Positions 29,095-37,638 of a stretch of 64,000 bases of DNA are shown piece after piece (positions within the stretch are counted from its first letter, which is position 1; each line of letters begins with the position of its first letter). The DNA comes from Verrucomicrobiota bacterium. GTDB lineage: Bacteria > Verrucomicrobiota > Verrucomicrobiia > Limisphaerales > UBA11358. The notes under the pieces are model-generated. The model made no database searches. It was not told the origin of the DNA and saw nothing but the letters and a program-made list of their open reading frames with translations. The DNA lies in the NCBI GenBank assembly GCA_049509875.1, contig JBEKZM010000002.1, positions 115,727-179,726 of the forward strand. Reading direction: 5' to 3'. Made by a program: the position numbers and the translations under genes.

Positions 29095-29385
29095 TTATGC
29101 ACTTTTTTGAAACCGGGGTGCACGTGCGGTAGCTTGTGTCTTTAGCGGGAAGAACAGGATGGCGTTGAACGCCTGGTTTTGGGTGCTGGCGGACAAATCA
29201 CGGTGGCGTGCCAAGCCGGTCAGGAAATTCTCCACCTTCTGCTCACTGGGCAGCGAACTGGGCATGGTGTTCAGGGCGGTCACGTAATGACGCAGCCAAT
29301 AAACGTAGGAGGCTTCGGTGGCGATGGCCTTGTGTTGGCGGCGCATGAGGTCCCGGCGCCGATCAATCGCGTTGGGCAGATTCAT
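29095..29385 (-). pseudogene. intI: Truncated integron integrase (N-terminal SAM-like domain only)
   Basis: TEASYVYWLRHY...VENFLTGLA...LSASTQNQAFNAILFF, then homology ends; divergent from the cassette array. Confidence 0.8.
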
Positions 29386-29633
29386 AATTGGCCCGATTTT
29401 GGCAGGCCAGGTTGGACAAAGGCTGTCCAAGGTGCGATTTTGATCAACGATCCGGCAATCGCTGAATTCGGGGTCGTATGGTTGCTTTCCAAGCACTTGC
29501 GTCATTTTGGCCGGAAGTTTAGCCTGGAGTTGACCAACGATCCGGCGGTCGATGAAGCAGGAACAGAGCATTTGATTATGAACGGTTTACAATTTCTGAA
29601 TTGCCGAAACGTTGGTTTCGATCAAAGACCGGC

Positions 29634-29656
29634 AAACGTTGAATAACAGTTAGATG
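29634..29656 (+). other. attI-like recombination site (core GTTAGAT at 29649)
   Basis: GAATAACAGTTAGATG; core is complementary to CATCTAA at the end of cassette 1 (30061). Confidence 0.65.
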
Positions 29657-30067
29657 TGTATGTTATGTGAGCTGCCATTTGGGGCGCGGATTTCAGATTC
29701 GCTCGTTAAAAAGCTGAAGTGGGAAACCGCTAAGGCCAACGAGGAGTCGCCAGGTGCGTTGCCGTGCCTCTGTGTACAGGAGATACGAAGTTACGAGAAT
29801 GTCCGGCCAAACGCAGCGCGAATCGAGTTTACAAAATGTCCAGAAATTGCGCCTATCAACCGTTTGGTGCCCTCCACGTCGCCTTTAGTTGAAATCAAAA
29901 AACGTGTCTGGGTGCTTAAATTCGGCATCTGCAAACATTCACGAGAGACTACTTTCGACATCGACGGTCTGGAATTGCACATTTCCGAGCTGGCGCAGGC
30001 GGAGCTAAAGGGTGCCACGATCCTCGTCCTGAGTGATAACATCCTCGTGAAGTATGAGCCCATCTAA
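29654..30067 (+). CDS. Cassette 1: hypothetical protein
   Basis: ORF starts at the core site (29654 or 29660) and stops inside the inverse core CATCTAA. Confidence 0.65.
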   Translation: MCMLCELPFGARISDSLVKKLKWETAKANEESPGALPCLCVQEIRSYENVRPNAARIEFTKCPEIAPINRLVPSTSPLVEIKKRVWVLKFGICKHSRETTFDIDGLELHISELAQAELKGATILVLSDNILVKYEPI

Positions 30068-30168
30068 TTCGCCGGAGTCGCCGCCGGGCGGACGCCTGCA
30101 TCCATCGAGATGATCAGGGTCGGCGCGAGCCGCAGGTTTGGGCCGGCCAGGCTCTGGAGTCGTTGGGC
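30061..30168 (+). repeat. attC site 1 (family B)
   Basis: CATCTAAT...GCCGGAGTCG...CATCGAGATG...GGCTCTGG...GTTGGGC. Confidence 0.7.
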
Positions 30169-30257
30169 CGCCACACTTGACGGGAGACAACAGTTGACGG
30201 AGCTCAAGGGGCTTGCGACACCTTTTGTCGGGTAGGGCAGAAACCGAGGCGCACACG

Positions 30258-30629
30258 ATGAACATACTTTTATGGATCCTGCAAGTCCTCGCCGCGCTCC
30301 TATACGCAGCTTCAGGCGTCATGAAGGTTTTCATGTTCGACAAGGTAAGTCAGGACGTCCCCTCGTTTGGAGCGTTGCCGCGAGGAGCTTGGATGATCCT
30401 AGGCATCGTCGAACTCACGTGCACAGTGGGGCTCATCGTCCCCAGCGCGTTCCATTGGCTGCCTCCGCTGACCGTCATAGCTGCCACAGTTTTGGCGGTC
30501 GAGAGCCTTCTGTTCGTTTGGGTGCACATAAAATATCGCGAGGTCACGCCCACAATTTTGAGCGGCGTGCTGGGCCTCCTGCTGACGTTCGTCGCTTATG
30601 GCCGGATGTTTCTTAATCCAATTTTCTGA
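30258..30629 (+). CDS. Cassette 2: DoxX-like membrane protein
   Basis: MNILLWILQVLAALLYAASGVMK, four TM segments. Confidence 0.82.
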   Translation: MNILLWILQVLAALLYAASGVMKVFMFDKVSQDVPSFGALPRGAWMILGIVELTCTVGLIVPSAFHWLPPLTVIAATVLAVESLLFVWVHIKYREVTPTILSGVLGLLLTFVAYGRMFLNPIF

Positions 30630-30659
30630 CCGAAGTGGCTCCAAATATCACGCGGAAGC

Positions 30660-30800
30660 GGCCAACGTTACCGCGGAGCCAACCGCGGTTGACGCCTTCA
30701 GCTCTGCTGCGCGGTCCACATCAACCACCGTTGCCGCTGGAGGTTCCGCTATCGGGGTTCACGCCGCGTGTCGGCGGTGGCTCAGCTTTCCGCGTTAGCA
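30660..30800 (+). repeat. attC site 2 (family A, long with apparent internal duplication)
   Basis: GGCCAAC...GGAGCCAACCGC...GGCGGTGGCTCAG...GTTAGCA. Confidence 0.75.
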
Positions 30801-30814
30801 GCACAAATCCAACC

Positions 30815-31360
30815 ATGAACACTCATTCCCTTACCCCAGCCAAGTCATTGACACGCCGCCGCGCAATTACCGACATCGCGCTCGCCCTTGGCAGTTTTGC
30901 TCTCGGTACCAAAACCTTCGGCCAAACCGCGACGCAAACAATGGCCCAGATGCCAATCAATGCCGCCAATCAAAAGCGCACTTCCCTTCATCAGGAGATG
31001 GCTCTTAGTGCAAATCCGACGCGCATTTATAAAGCGTTGTTGGATGCAAAACAGTTTGAAGCATTCTCTGGTTCAACAGCCGAAATTGATCCAAAAGAAG
31101 GCGGCCATTTCTCCTTGTTTGGGGGATTGATCATCGGACGCAATGTAGAACTTGTTTCCGATCAGCGAATCGTTCAGGCGTGGCGTCCTACCCATTGGAA
31201 CCCTGGAATCTATTCCATCGTTAAGTTTGAATTGAACCCACATGATTCAGAAACAATGCTCGTGCTCGACCACACGGGCTTTCCTGAAGGTGAGTTCGAC
31301 CATCTCAGTTATGGATGGAAATCTCATTATTACGGGTCAATCAAGAAATTTTTGACTTAG
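30815..31360 (+). CDS. Cassette 3: SRPBCC/AHA1-like protein with Tat-like N-terminus
   Basis: RIYKALLD, GGHFSLFGG, RIVQAWR, LDHTGFP, GWKSHYY; TRRRAI motif. Confidence 0.85.
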   Translation: MNTHSLTPAKSLTRRRAITDIALALGSFALGTKTFGQTATQTMAQMPINAANQKRTSLHQEMALSANPTRIYKALLDAKQFEAFSGSTAEIDPKEGGHFSLFGGLIIGRNVELVSDQRIVQAWRPTHWNPGIYSIVKFELNPHDSETMLVLDHTGFPEGEFDHLSYGWKSHYYGSIKKFLT

Positions 31361-31394
31361 CGCGTTGACCAACTCTTGGTACCAACATGATTCT

Positions 31395-31491
31395 GCCTAT
31401 CAAATCCCCGGAGCCATCCGCCGATTACGCGGCCAGTTCCGCTACGCGGTCAACGCCACTGGTCGGCAGTGGCTCCGGTCAGGGTCTAGGC
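31395..31491 (+). repeat. attC site 3 (family A, degenerate cores)
   Basis: GCCTATC...GGAGCCATC...GTGGCTCC...CTAGGC. Confidence 0.65.
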
Positions 31492-31500
31492 CAAAGCATT

Positions 31501-32091
31501 ATGCCATTTCCAACGCTTATAGGCTCCAAAATCAAACTCCGGCCAATTTGTGCGGCGGATGCGAGTGCGCTTGTTCGCGCTGCCGCCGACGGGGAATTAT
31601 GGAATTTGCCATTCACTATTATTCCTTCGGCTAAAACGGTGGATGCTTACATTGCGCTCGCGCTTGAAGGCGCAGCGGCAGGCACCGTCATTCCTTTTGT
31701 CACGCAAGTTCTCGCCACTGATCAGATAGTTGGCTCAACCCGGTTCGGGAAAATAGACCGCAAGAATCGTAAGTTAGAAATCGGCCACACATGGTTGTCG
31801 GCGTCTTGGCAGAAGACATTTGTCAATACCGAAGCAAAGTTTCTCATGCTGCGTTACGCGTTTGAAGACCTGGCCTGTGTCCGAGTGCAGTTTACCACCG
31901 ACCAAAACAATTCAGCGTCGCGTGCCGCCATTAGCCGGCTTGGTGCCAAGGAAGAAGGAATTATTCGGAATGAACGGATTATGCCAGATGGACGCAAGCG
32001 CAACTCCATTCGTTACAGCATCATTGATAATGAGTGGCCAGACGTGAAGCTGTGGTTGGAGAAAAGAATTCATGAATCAGTTTCGGCCTAA
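31501..32091 (+). CDS. Cassette 4: RimJ/RimL-type GNAT acetyltransferase
   Basis: LEIGHTW, VNTEAK, SRAAISRLGAKEEG; stop lies in GCCTAAC. Confidence 0.9.
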   Translation: MPFPTLIGSKIKLRPICAADASALVRAAADGELWNLPFTIIPSAKTVDAYIALALEGAAAGTVIPFVTQVLATDQIVGSTRFGKIDRKNRKLEIGHTWLSASWQKTFVNTEAKFLMLRYAFEDLACVRVQFTTDQNNSASRAAISRLGAKEEGIIRNERIMPDGRKRNSIRYSIIDNEWPDVKLWLEKRIHESVSA

Positions 32092-32184
32092 CATTCTCTG
32101 GAGCCATCGCCGGTTGCTGCCGCCGGTTCCGCTGATACGGTCAACATCTCGGGTCCGAAGTGGCTCACTTCACAGGCGTCAGGC
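32086..32184 (+). repeat. attC site 4 (family A)
   Basis: GCCTAAC...GGAGCCATC...GTGGCTCAC...GTCAGGC. Confidence 0.78.
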
Positions 32185-32193
32185 GACTTAGCC

Positions 32194-32673
32194 ATGCACA
32201 AAGTCAACACAACAAACATCTCCGAGATTACTTGGTCGTCGCCAAAGGGAAAGTTCGTCGGCGCGGGCAAGGAAATTTCGGAGGAGTTGGGACGCAAGCC
32301 GCAGTCCACAGACCTGGACGAGCGGCATCCGTTCGATGTCGAGATTTGCCGCATTCCGGCAGGGAAGACTCCATATCCATACCATTCGCACAGCGCGCAG
32401 TGGGAGTTCTATCATGTGATTTCAGGCAGCGGTATTGTCCGCCACAAAGACGGGACGACACCGATTGAGGCTGGTGACGCATTCATTTTTAAGCCGGGCG
32501 AGCCGCACCAGATCACCAATGATGGCGCACAGGATTTGGTTTTTTTTGTCGTGGCCGATAATCCGATGGGTGAGTCATACCACTTTCCCGACAGCAACAA
32601 ATGGAGCGTGCCTCTACCAGAGCGCAGGCTTGTCCGTTCGGACGCGCTGGATTACTACGATGGCGAGGAATGA
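32194..32673 (+). CDS. Cassette 5: cupin domain protein
   Basis: PYHSHSAQWEFYHVISG, PGEPHQITN, DYYDGEE. Confidence 0.9.
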   Translation: MHKVNTTNISEITWSSPKGKFVGAGKEISEELGRKPQSTDLDERHPFDVEICRIPAGKTPYPYHSHSAQWEFYHVISGSGIVRHKDGTTPIEAGDAFIFKPGEPHQITNDGAQDLVFFVVADNPMGESYHFPDSNKWSVPLPERRLVRSDALDYYDGEE

Positions 32674-32680
32674 GACCGTC

Positions 32681-32790
32681 GCCTGACCACATCGCCCGAG
32701 TCGTCGCCGGGCGGAATCCTGAGTTCATCGAACGATTCAGGTTCGCCAGAGCCGCTGGTCCGGCTCGGCTCGCCTCGTGGGTCGTGCAAC
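32681..32790 (+). repeat. attC site 5 (family B, degenerate right end)
   Basis: GCCTGAC...GCCCGAGTCG...CCTGAGTTCATCGA; similar to attC 1 and 6. Confidence 0.6.
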
Positions 32791-33065
32791 AGCCAGCGCA
32801 ACGAGCGCGCACGCGGATGAAAGTTCCGCCGGTCGAATGGGATGGTTCACGACCGACAGCCCCACACCTGTCCCGCCACGAGCTTGGGAGGGGTCAGCAG
32901 TTCGGGATCTGAACCGACAGGCCGTGACGAAGGTAAACCACATCAAATGAGCCCCGATAAGAGTAGCCCCGGAGTTACTCTACTAGGCAGCAACACACGC
33001 TGTGATACTTGAAGTCGCTATTTTGGATATAGGCCAAACTACACACTAACCCAGACTACACGCTA

Positions 33066-33779
33066 ATGATTTCATTCATCGTTCCAGCACACAATGAGGA
33101 AGCTTGGGTTGGCCGCTGTGTTTCTGCCATTCGGGGCGGATTGGAATCCATTGATGAGCCGCACGAGATTATTGTGGTGGATGACGCCTCCACGGACGCG
33201 ACGGCCTCGATTGCCCGACAGCAAGGCGCGCAGGTGGTTCGTGTGGAGCACCGGCAGATTGCTGCCACTCGCAACACCGGCGCGCGGCAGGCCCATGGCG
33301 ACATTTTTTTCTTTGTGGATGCCGACACATTGGTGAATGGCCCGGCCATTCAATCAGCATTACGCAGCATTCGCGCGGGTGCGGTTGGCGGCGGTTGTGT
33401 TCCGAGGTTCGAGGGATGGTTGCCTTGGTGGTTCAGACGGGTCGAACCGTTGATAGAGCCTGCGGTGCGCCTGGCACACTTTTTGCCGAGTGGAGCCTGC
33501 CTGTTTTGCACGCGCAGCACCTTCCAGATGGCGGGTGGTTTCGATGAGAATTATTATGCAGCGGAAGATGCGTTGTTTGTCATCGCGCTCAAGCGTCAAG
33601 GCCGGTTTGCCATTTTAGCCGAGACGGTGGTTACCTCCGGGCGCAAGGCCCGCGCGCATTCTTTCTGGAGCCTTGCAAGGCAGTTCATGCGTTTGGCTTT
33701 TAGCGGCTCCGCTGGGCTTCGGCGTCGTCAGGGATTGGAGTATTGGTATGAGCCTGATAGAGAGAAAGCAAAGTTATGA
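33066..33779 (+). CDS. Cassette: glycosyltransferase family 2
   Basis: ISFIVPAHNEE, VVDDASTD, FVDAD, GGFDE..AED. Confidence 0.9.
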   Translation: MISFIVPAHNEEAWVGRCVSAIRGGLESIDEPHEIIVVDDASTDATASIARQQGAQVVRVEHRQIAATRNTGARQAHGDIFFFVDADTLVNGPAIQSALRSIRAGAVGGGCVPRFEGWLPWWFRRVEPLIEPAVRLAHFLPSGACLFCTRSTFQMAGGFDENYYAAEDALFVIALKRQGRFAILAETVVTSGRKARAHSFWSLARQFMRLAFSGSAGLRRRQGLEYWYEPDREKAKL

Positions 33780-33786
33780 CCATGTG

Positions 33787-33901
33787 GCCCAACCGACTCG
33801 CCGGAGTCGGGGCCGGACGCACGCCTGAGTTCATCGAGATGATACAGGTTGATGTAGGCGAGGGGTCCGGCTGGGCCCGGCTCTGGCGTCGGTCGTTAGT
33901 C
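33787..33901 (+). repeat. attC site 6 (family B)
   Basis: GCCCAAC...GCCGGAGTCGGG...TCATCGAGATGA...CCCGGCTCTGGC...GTTAGTC. Confidence 0.8.
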
Positions 33902-33912
33902 TGCTTCACACT

Positions 33913-34107
33913 ATGATTCATTACAACATTTGGTTCGATTTGGGAAGCGACACTGATTCCGCCAAGGATTTGATCGTCGTTCAGGAGTTTCTTCGTGAGC
34001 TTTACGCCGCCGGTTCCATTGCGGGCTTTCAGATTCTCCAGAATTCTGGTGCCGTTGCCAAGACGAAAATGCCACATTACCAAGCACTGATTGAGTTACA
34101 TAAATAA
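33913..34107 (+). pseudogene. Cassette gene, probably 3'-truncated (hypothetical)
   Basis: ATG 11 nt after the core site; ORF runs into an unrelated SRPBCC fragment with no attC between. Confidence 0.55.
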
Positions 34108-34492
34108 TTTCCACCACTGGCCGCTTTGGGCACCCCAGGATAAAATGGACAATACGATGACAAGAAGTTTCAGCGGAGGGGCGCAGGGCAAGGGGGCATG
34201 TTCTGAGTGGACCGGCAAGGGAAAAGCTGGCAGAGGGCGCATGGAAATTACCGAGTCAACGGTGCCGAGACAAATCACCGTGACGGTGGATTTTGTAAAA
34301 CCTTTTGCCGCACACAACGTCAATCAATTCACCCTGGAACCGTTCGGGGATGGGACCAGGGTTACGTGGACAATGCGCGGTACAAATCCATTTGTTTTGA
34401 AAATAATGAGTGTTTTTATAAATGTTGATTCGCTGATGGGAAAACATTTTGAGACGGGTCTTCATTCGCTCAAGACTCTTGCAGAGCTATGA
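34091..34492 (+). pseudogene. 5'-truncated SRPBCC (polyketide cyclase-like) gene
   Basis: INNFHHWPLW...GRGRMEITES...DFVKPF...TRVTWTM...FETGL; N-terminus missing. Confidence 0.7.
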
Positions 34493-34513
34493 TGCCTGTT
34501 TTTCCGTCATGGA

Positions 34514-34612
34514 CCGCAACTATCCTCTGGAGCCATCGCTGACTGCTGTGGTCTGTCCGGTTTCTCTATTGACATTGCCGACCCAGCGTGGCTCACTTCA
34601 TCGCCGCTAAGC
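34514..34612 (+). repeat. attC site 7 (family A, degenerate)
   Basis: CCGCAAC...GGAGCCATCGCTG...CAGCGTGGCTCAC...GCTAAGC. Confidence 0.65.
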
Positions 34613-34626
34613 GGAATACACACATT

Positions 34627-34869
34627 ATGAAAAGCAAAGTCATCCTTGGAATCGGCGTGATCGGTCTCGTCTTTTCCATTGCCGGCGGTTATTACTATTG
34701 GCTCGGTTTGAGAATAGCGGCGATGATTCCTGGGATAGGCGACGGCAGCCTGAAAAGACAAGTCTGGCTGTGGTTCATCACATTTTTGATAGGCTTCACT
34801 CTGTTGCTGACATCTGGCATTTTATTCATCGTCAGCAGGAGACATAAAAGTAGACTATCTGCCCCCTAA
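34627..34869 (+). CDS. Last cassette: small two-TM hypothetical protein
   Basis: ATG shortly after attC 7; stop within CCCTAAC inverse-core-like sequence. Confidence 0.65.
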   Translation: MKSKVILGIGVIGLVFSIAGGYYYWLGLRIAAMIPGIGDGSLKRQVWLWFITFLIGFTLLLTSGILFIVSRRHKSRLSAP

Positions 34870-34999
34870 CTTCCAAAGGTTTGAATTGACCGAACCGCGA
34901 GTGTGGCGTCGGTCCTTTCAGGTGCGATAAGGACGCGGACCCAATTAAAAGGCAACAGCCACTCAATCGGGGGTGGCCTTTGCGCTTCAAAGCCACAAC

Positions 35000-35316
35000 T
35001 CACTTCTTCGCCGCTTTAAACTTTGCCCATCTGGCCTTGGCCGCGGCACCAAGCGCGGCTCTCCCCGCAGCACTCAACTTCCCGCCCGCCTTCTTAACCG
35101 GCTTAACAGCAGCAACGGGTTTGGCCTTAACAGCTTTGGCCTTAGCCCAGCGCAGCTTTTAAGCCGCAGCAATTCTGGCACGTCCGACTGCGCTCATGCC
35201 GCCCTTCTTCGCAGGTTTGGCGTCTTTAAGAACGAGGACCAGCACGGCTCTGGTTTCACTAACCAAAGCGGCCAGGTCATTGGCCGGTGCCGCTATCTTT
35301 TCTTTGAGATCAGCGG
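35000..35316 (-). pseudogene. Basic Ala/Lys-rich putative DNA-binding protein remnant (SAAGRA...ARWAK repeats)
   Basis: MSAVGRARIAAA*KLRWAK...LSAAGRAALGAAAKARWAKFK with in-frame TAA at 35159-35161; 5' end missing. Confidence 0.6.
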
Positions 35317-35502
35317 TTGGGAGACACATCGGATGGCGACACCAATGCCATCCCCACAAATGTTTATGTTTCGGCCTTCTGCATGGACACGAATCTGGTA
35401 AGCTATTGTCAATGGCAGGCAGTCTATAACTGCGCCACAAATGCCGGATATGGTTTGCATGACATGGCGGGGAATGCCCAGGAGTTGGAAGGGTCAGTCT
35501 AG
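35317..35502 (+). pseudogene. Fragment of a formylglycine-generating-enzyme (SUMF1-like) domain gene
   Basis: MGDT..G...VYVSAF.MD and GYGLHDMAGN motifs juxtaposed by an internal deletion. Confidence 0.55.
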
Positions 35503-35579
35503 GACCGACCCTATATATTAATGAACCGAAATAAGATCAGGCGCCCGGAGGTGGGAACCCGCGAAAATGGACCCCGCCG

Positions 35580-35675
35580 CAACCGCGTTGCGGTTGAAAA
35601 GGCGGGTGGTTCAGCAACCCATGGTAGCCGCGGGGCGGCAACCATGGGCTTTGGGGCGGAATCCCCTTGGGATTC
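35580..35675. repeat. REP-like composite palindromic element
   Basis: CAACCGCGTTGCGGTTG, CCCATGGT...ACCATGGG and GAATCCC-CTT-GGGATTC hairpins. Confidence 0.55.
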
Positions 35676-35807
35676 AAAGCAGCAGTTGAGCGATTGAGGC
35701 ACGGGACTGGGAGCCAACAATTCGCGGACATGACCTTGATCTGGATCGCAAATCAATTGAAGATGGGTGGCGGCGGGTTCGTTCGCGAACCGGATGCGCC
35801 AAACAAA

Positions 35808-37499
35808 ATGAATCCTCAAATACGTCTTATGCGGGTGGCCTGTTTCTCAATATTGATCGTCGCGGCGATCCCGCTCCACGCCGCGACGCATGCAGTGGCG
35901 CAACGCGACCCGCAGGCGACCGATGATGGTCCAGGCACGCCTGACAAGCCTTGGAGGACATTGGGCAAGGCCGTCGAACAAGCCGGTCCGGGCGATGTGG
36001 TGCTCATCCGGGACGGCATTTATCGGGAGCATCTGGTTTTCAAGACCAGCGGCACCGCGCAGCAGCCCGTTCGTTTCCAAGCCGCCGCCAACGCACACGT
36101 GGTGCTCACCGGCGCCGATCCACTGAGCGGCTGGCGCCAATTGGATGGCCAGAAAAATATTTATGCGATCGCCTGGCCATACCGCTTTATCGGCTGGTCC
36201 AAAAACATGAGCCACCCGGACGATGAATATCATCGTCTCATCGGCCGCTGTGAACAGGTGGAGGTGGACGGCTATCTGCTCCGGCAGGTGCTGGAGGCGA
36301 ACCAATTGGCGCCCGGCAGCTACTTCGCGGACGTGTCCAACCAGGTGCTGCAAGTTTGGGACGCCGGCAACCGCGATTTGAACCAGGTCCACGTGGAGGC
36401 ATCCACCCGGCCGGAAATCTGCCAGGTCACGGGGAATTATGTGCAATTGAATGGCTTCCACTTCCGCCTGGCCGCCAACATGGCCCAGCACGGAGCGGTG
36501 GTGCTCTCCGGAACACACGATCTCCTGGAAGATTGCGTGGTCGAAGACATGAACGCCAGCGGAGCGACGCTGGCCGGCGAACAACTGACGGTCAGCCGGT
36601 GCACGTTTCGGGCCAATGGCCAACTGGGATTTGGCGCCAACGGCGCGCACCAACTGCTGTTCACGGGATGTCTCGTGGAAAACAACAACACCAAGGGGTT
36701 TGCCCGCGGCTGGGAGGCTGGCGGCGACAAACTGGTTCTGTGCCGCGACGCCATTCTGGAGCGGAGCTGTTTTCTGCGCAATCGGGGCAGCGGCATCTGG
36801 TTCGACATTGGCAACGAACACTGCACGGTGCGAAACTGTCTCATCGCCGACAACGAGGATGGCGGCATTTTCGATGAAATTTCCTTCGGGCTGCAGGCGC
36901 ATGACAATGTGATTGCCGGCAACGGTTTTGCGGAAACCGCCGGCGCCTGGGGCGCCCAGGCCGGCATCACGCTCTCCAGCAGCCCTGAATCCGTCATCGA
37001 GCGAAATTTGATCGTGGGAAACCGTGAAGGGTTCGATTTCCGCGAGCAGACGCGCACGACGCCGCGCATTGGCCATCCGCAGGAAGTCCCCGTTTGGAAT
37101 CACGATGAAATGATCCGGGATAATGTCATCGCCTTCAATCGCGACGCCCAGGTCTGGGGCTGGTTTGACATGCCGGACAACCGGCATTGGCCGGCCGCGA
37201 AAACGCCGCAACACAACCTGACCTTGGGCGATTTACGTTTGCAGTTCGTTGACAACGTCTATTTCGGCGGAAGCGGACCGGGTTTGTTTGAATGGGGCCC
37301 CACGTGGGGGCGCCACAAGAGCTATCCCCGGCTGGCGGATTTTCAAACGGAGCTCGGCATCGACGCGGGCGGCCGAGTTCTGGAGCCCGTCTTCTTAAAT
37401 TCCAGCGCCCGGGACTATCGCCTGGAGCGCCCGTTGATGGATGAGCTTCACCAGGCCTATCCGAAGGGCCCGATTCCCGGTTGTGTCTTGCGGGATTGA
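35808..37499 (+). CDS. Secreted right-handed parallel beta-helix protein (DUF1565/pectin lyase-like)
   Basis: Signal peptide, DDGPGTPDKPWRTL..A...PGD.V.IRDGIYRE, repeated NxxxG/GIWFD strands. Confidence 0.82.
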   Translation: MNPQIRLMRVACFSILIVAAIPLHAATHAVAQRDPQATDDGPGTPDKPWRTLGKAVEQAGPGDVVLIRDGIYREHLVFKTSGTAQQPVRFQAAANAHVVLTGADPLSGWRQLDGQKNIYAIAWPYRFIGWSKNMSHPDDEYHRLIGRCEQVEVDGYLLRQVLEANQLAPGSYFADVSNQVLQVWDAGNRDLNQVHVEASTRPEICQVTGNYVQLNGFHFRLAANMAQHGAVVLSGTHDLLEDCVVEDMNASGATLAGEQLTVSRCTFRANGQLGFGANGAHQLLFTGCLVENNNTKGFARGWEAGGDKLVLCRDAILERSCFLRNRGSGIWFDIGNEHCTVRNCLIADNEDGGIFDEISFGLQAHDNVIAGNGFAETAGAWGAQAGITLSSSPESVIERNLIVGNREGFDFREQTRTTPRIGHPQEVPVWNHDEMIRDNVIAFNRDAQVWGWFDMPDNRHWPAAKTPQHNLTLGDLRLQFVDNVYFGGSGPGLFEWGPTWGRHKSYPRLADFQTELGIDAGGRVLEPVFLNSSARDYRLERPLMDELHQAYPKGPIPGCVLRD

Positions 37500-37512
37500 C
37501 AGCGATTCGTGC

Positions 37513-37540
37513 TTGACCGCGGCAAGGATTGGGTTAACAT
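37513..37540 (+). promoter_or_regulatory. Promoter TTGACC-16-TAACAT of the ilvB leader
   Basis: Near-consensus hexamers 10 nt upstream of the leader ATG. Confidence 0.65.
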
Positions 37541-37550
37541 TGCCTCCGAA

Positions 37551-37622
37551 ATGTTGAACAACGTCAAACTAGCGGCCATTCTGGAAGTCGTCGTAGCGGG
37601 CGACGCCGTCGGCGCTTGTTGA
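37551..37622 (+). CDS. ilvB attenuator leader peptide MLNNVKLAAILEVVVAGDAVGAC
   Basis: 23-aa ORF, 9 Ile/Leu/Val codons including ILEVVV, followed by a terminator and ilvB. Confidence 0.7.
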   Translation: MLNNVKLAAILEVVVAGDAVGAC

Positions 37623-37638
37623 ACGTAACAATTTGACA

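Larger units (their letters stand above)
29095..34870. mobile_element. Degraded chromosomal integron with about 8 gene cassettes
   Basis: intI remnant, attI, co-oriented lower-GC short genes separated by seven attC-like palindromes. Confidence 0.85.

Noticed and set aside
32790-33060. Additional cassette gene
   Set aside because: No convincing ORF or closing attC; probably a remnant plus promoter region of the GT2 gene
30061-34612. CRISPR array
   Set aside because: Repeats are 100-140-bp imperfect palindromes separated by whole genes, with no cas genes; they fit attC
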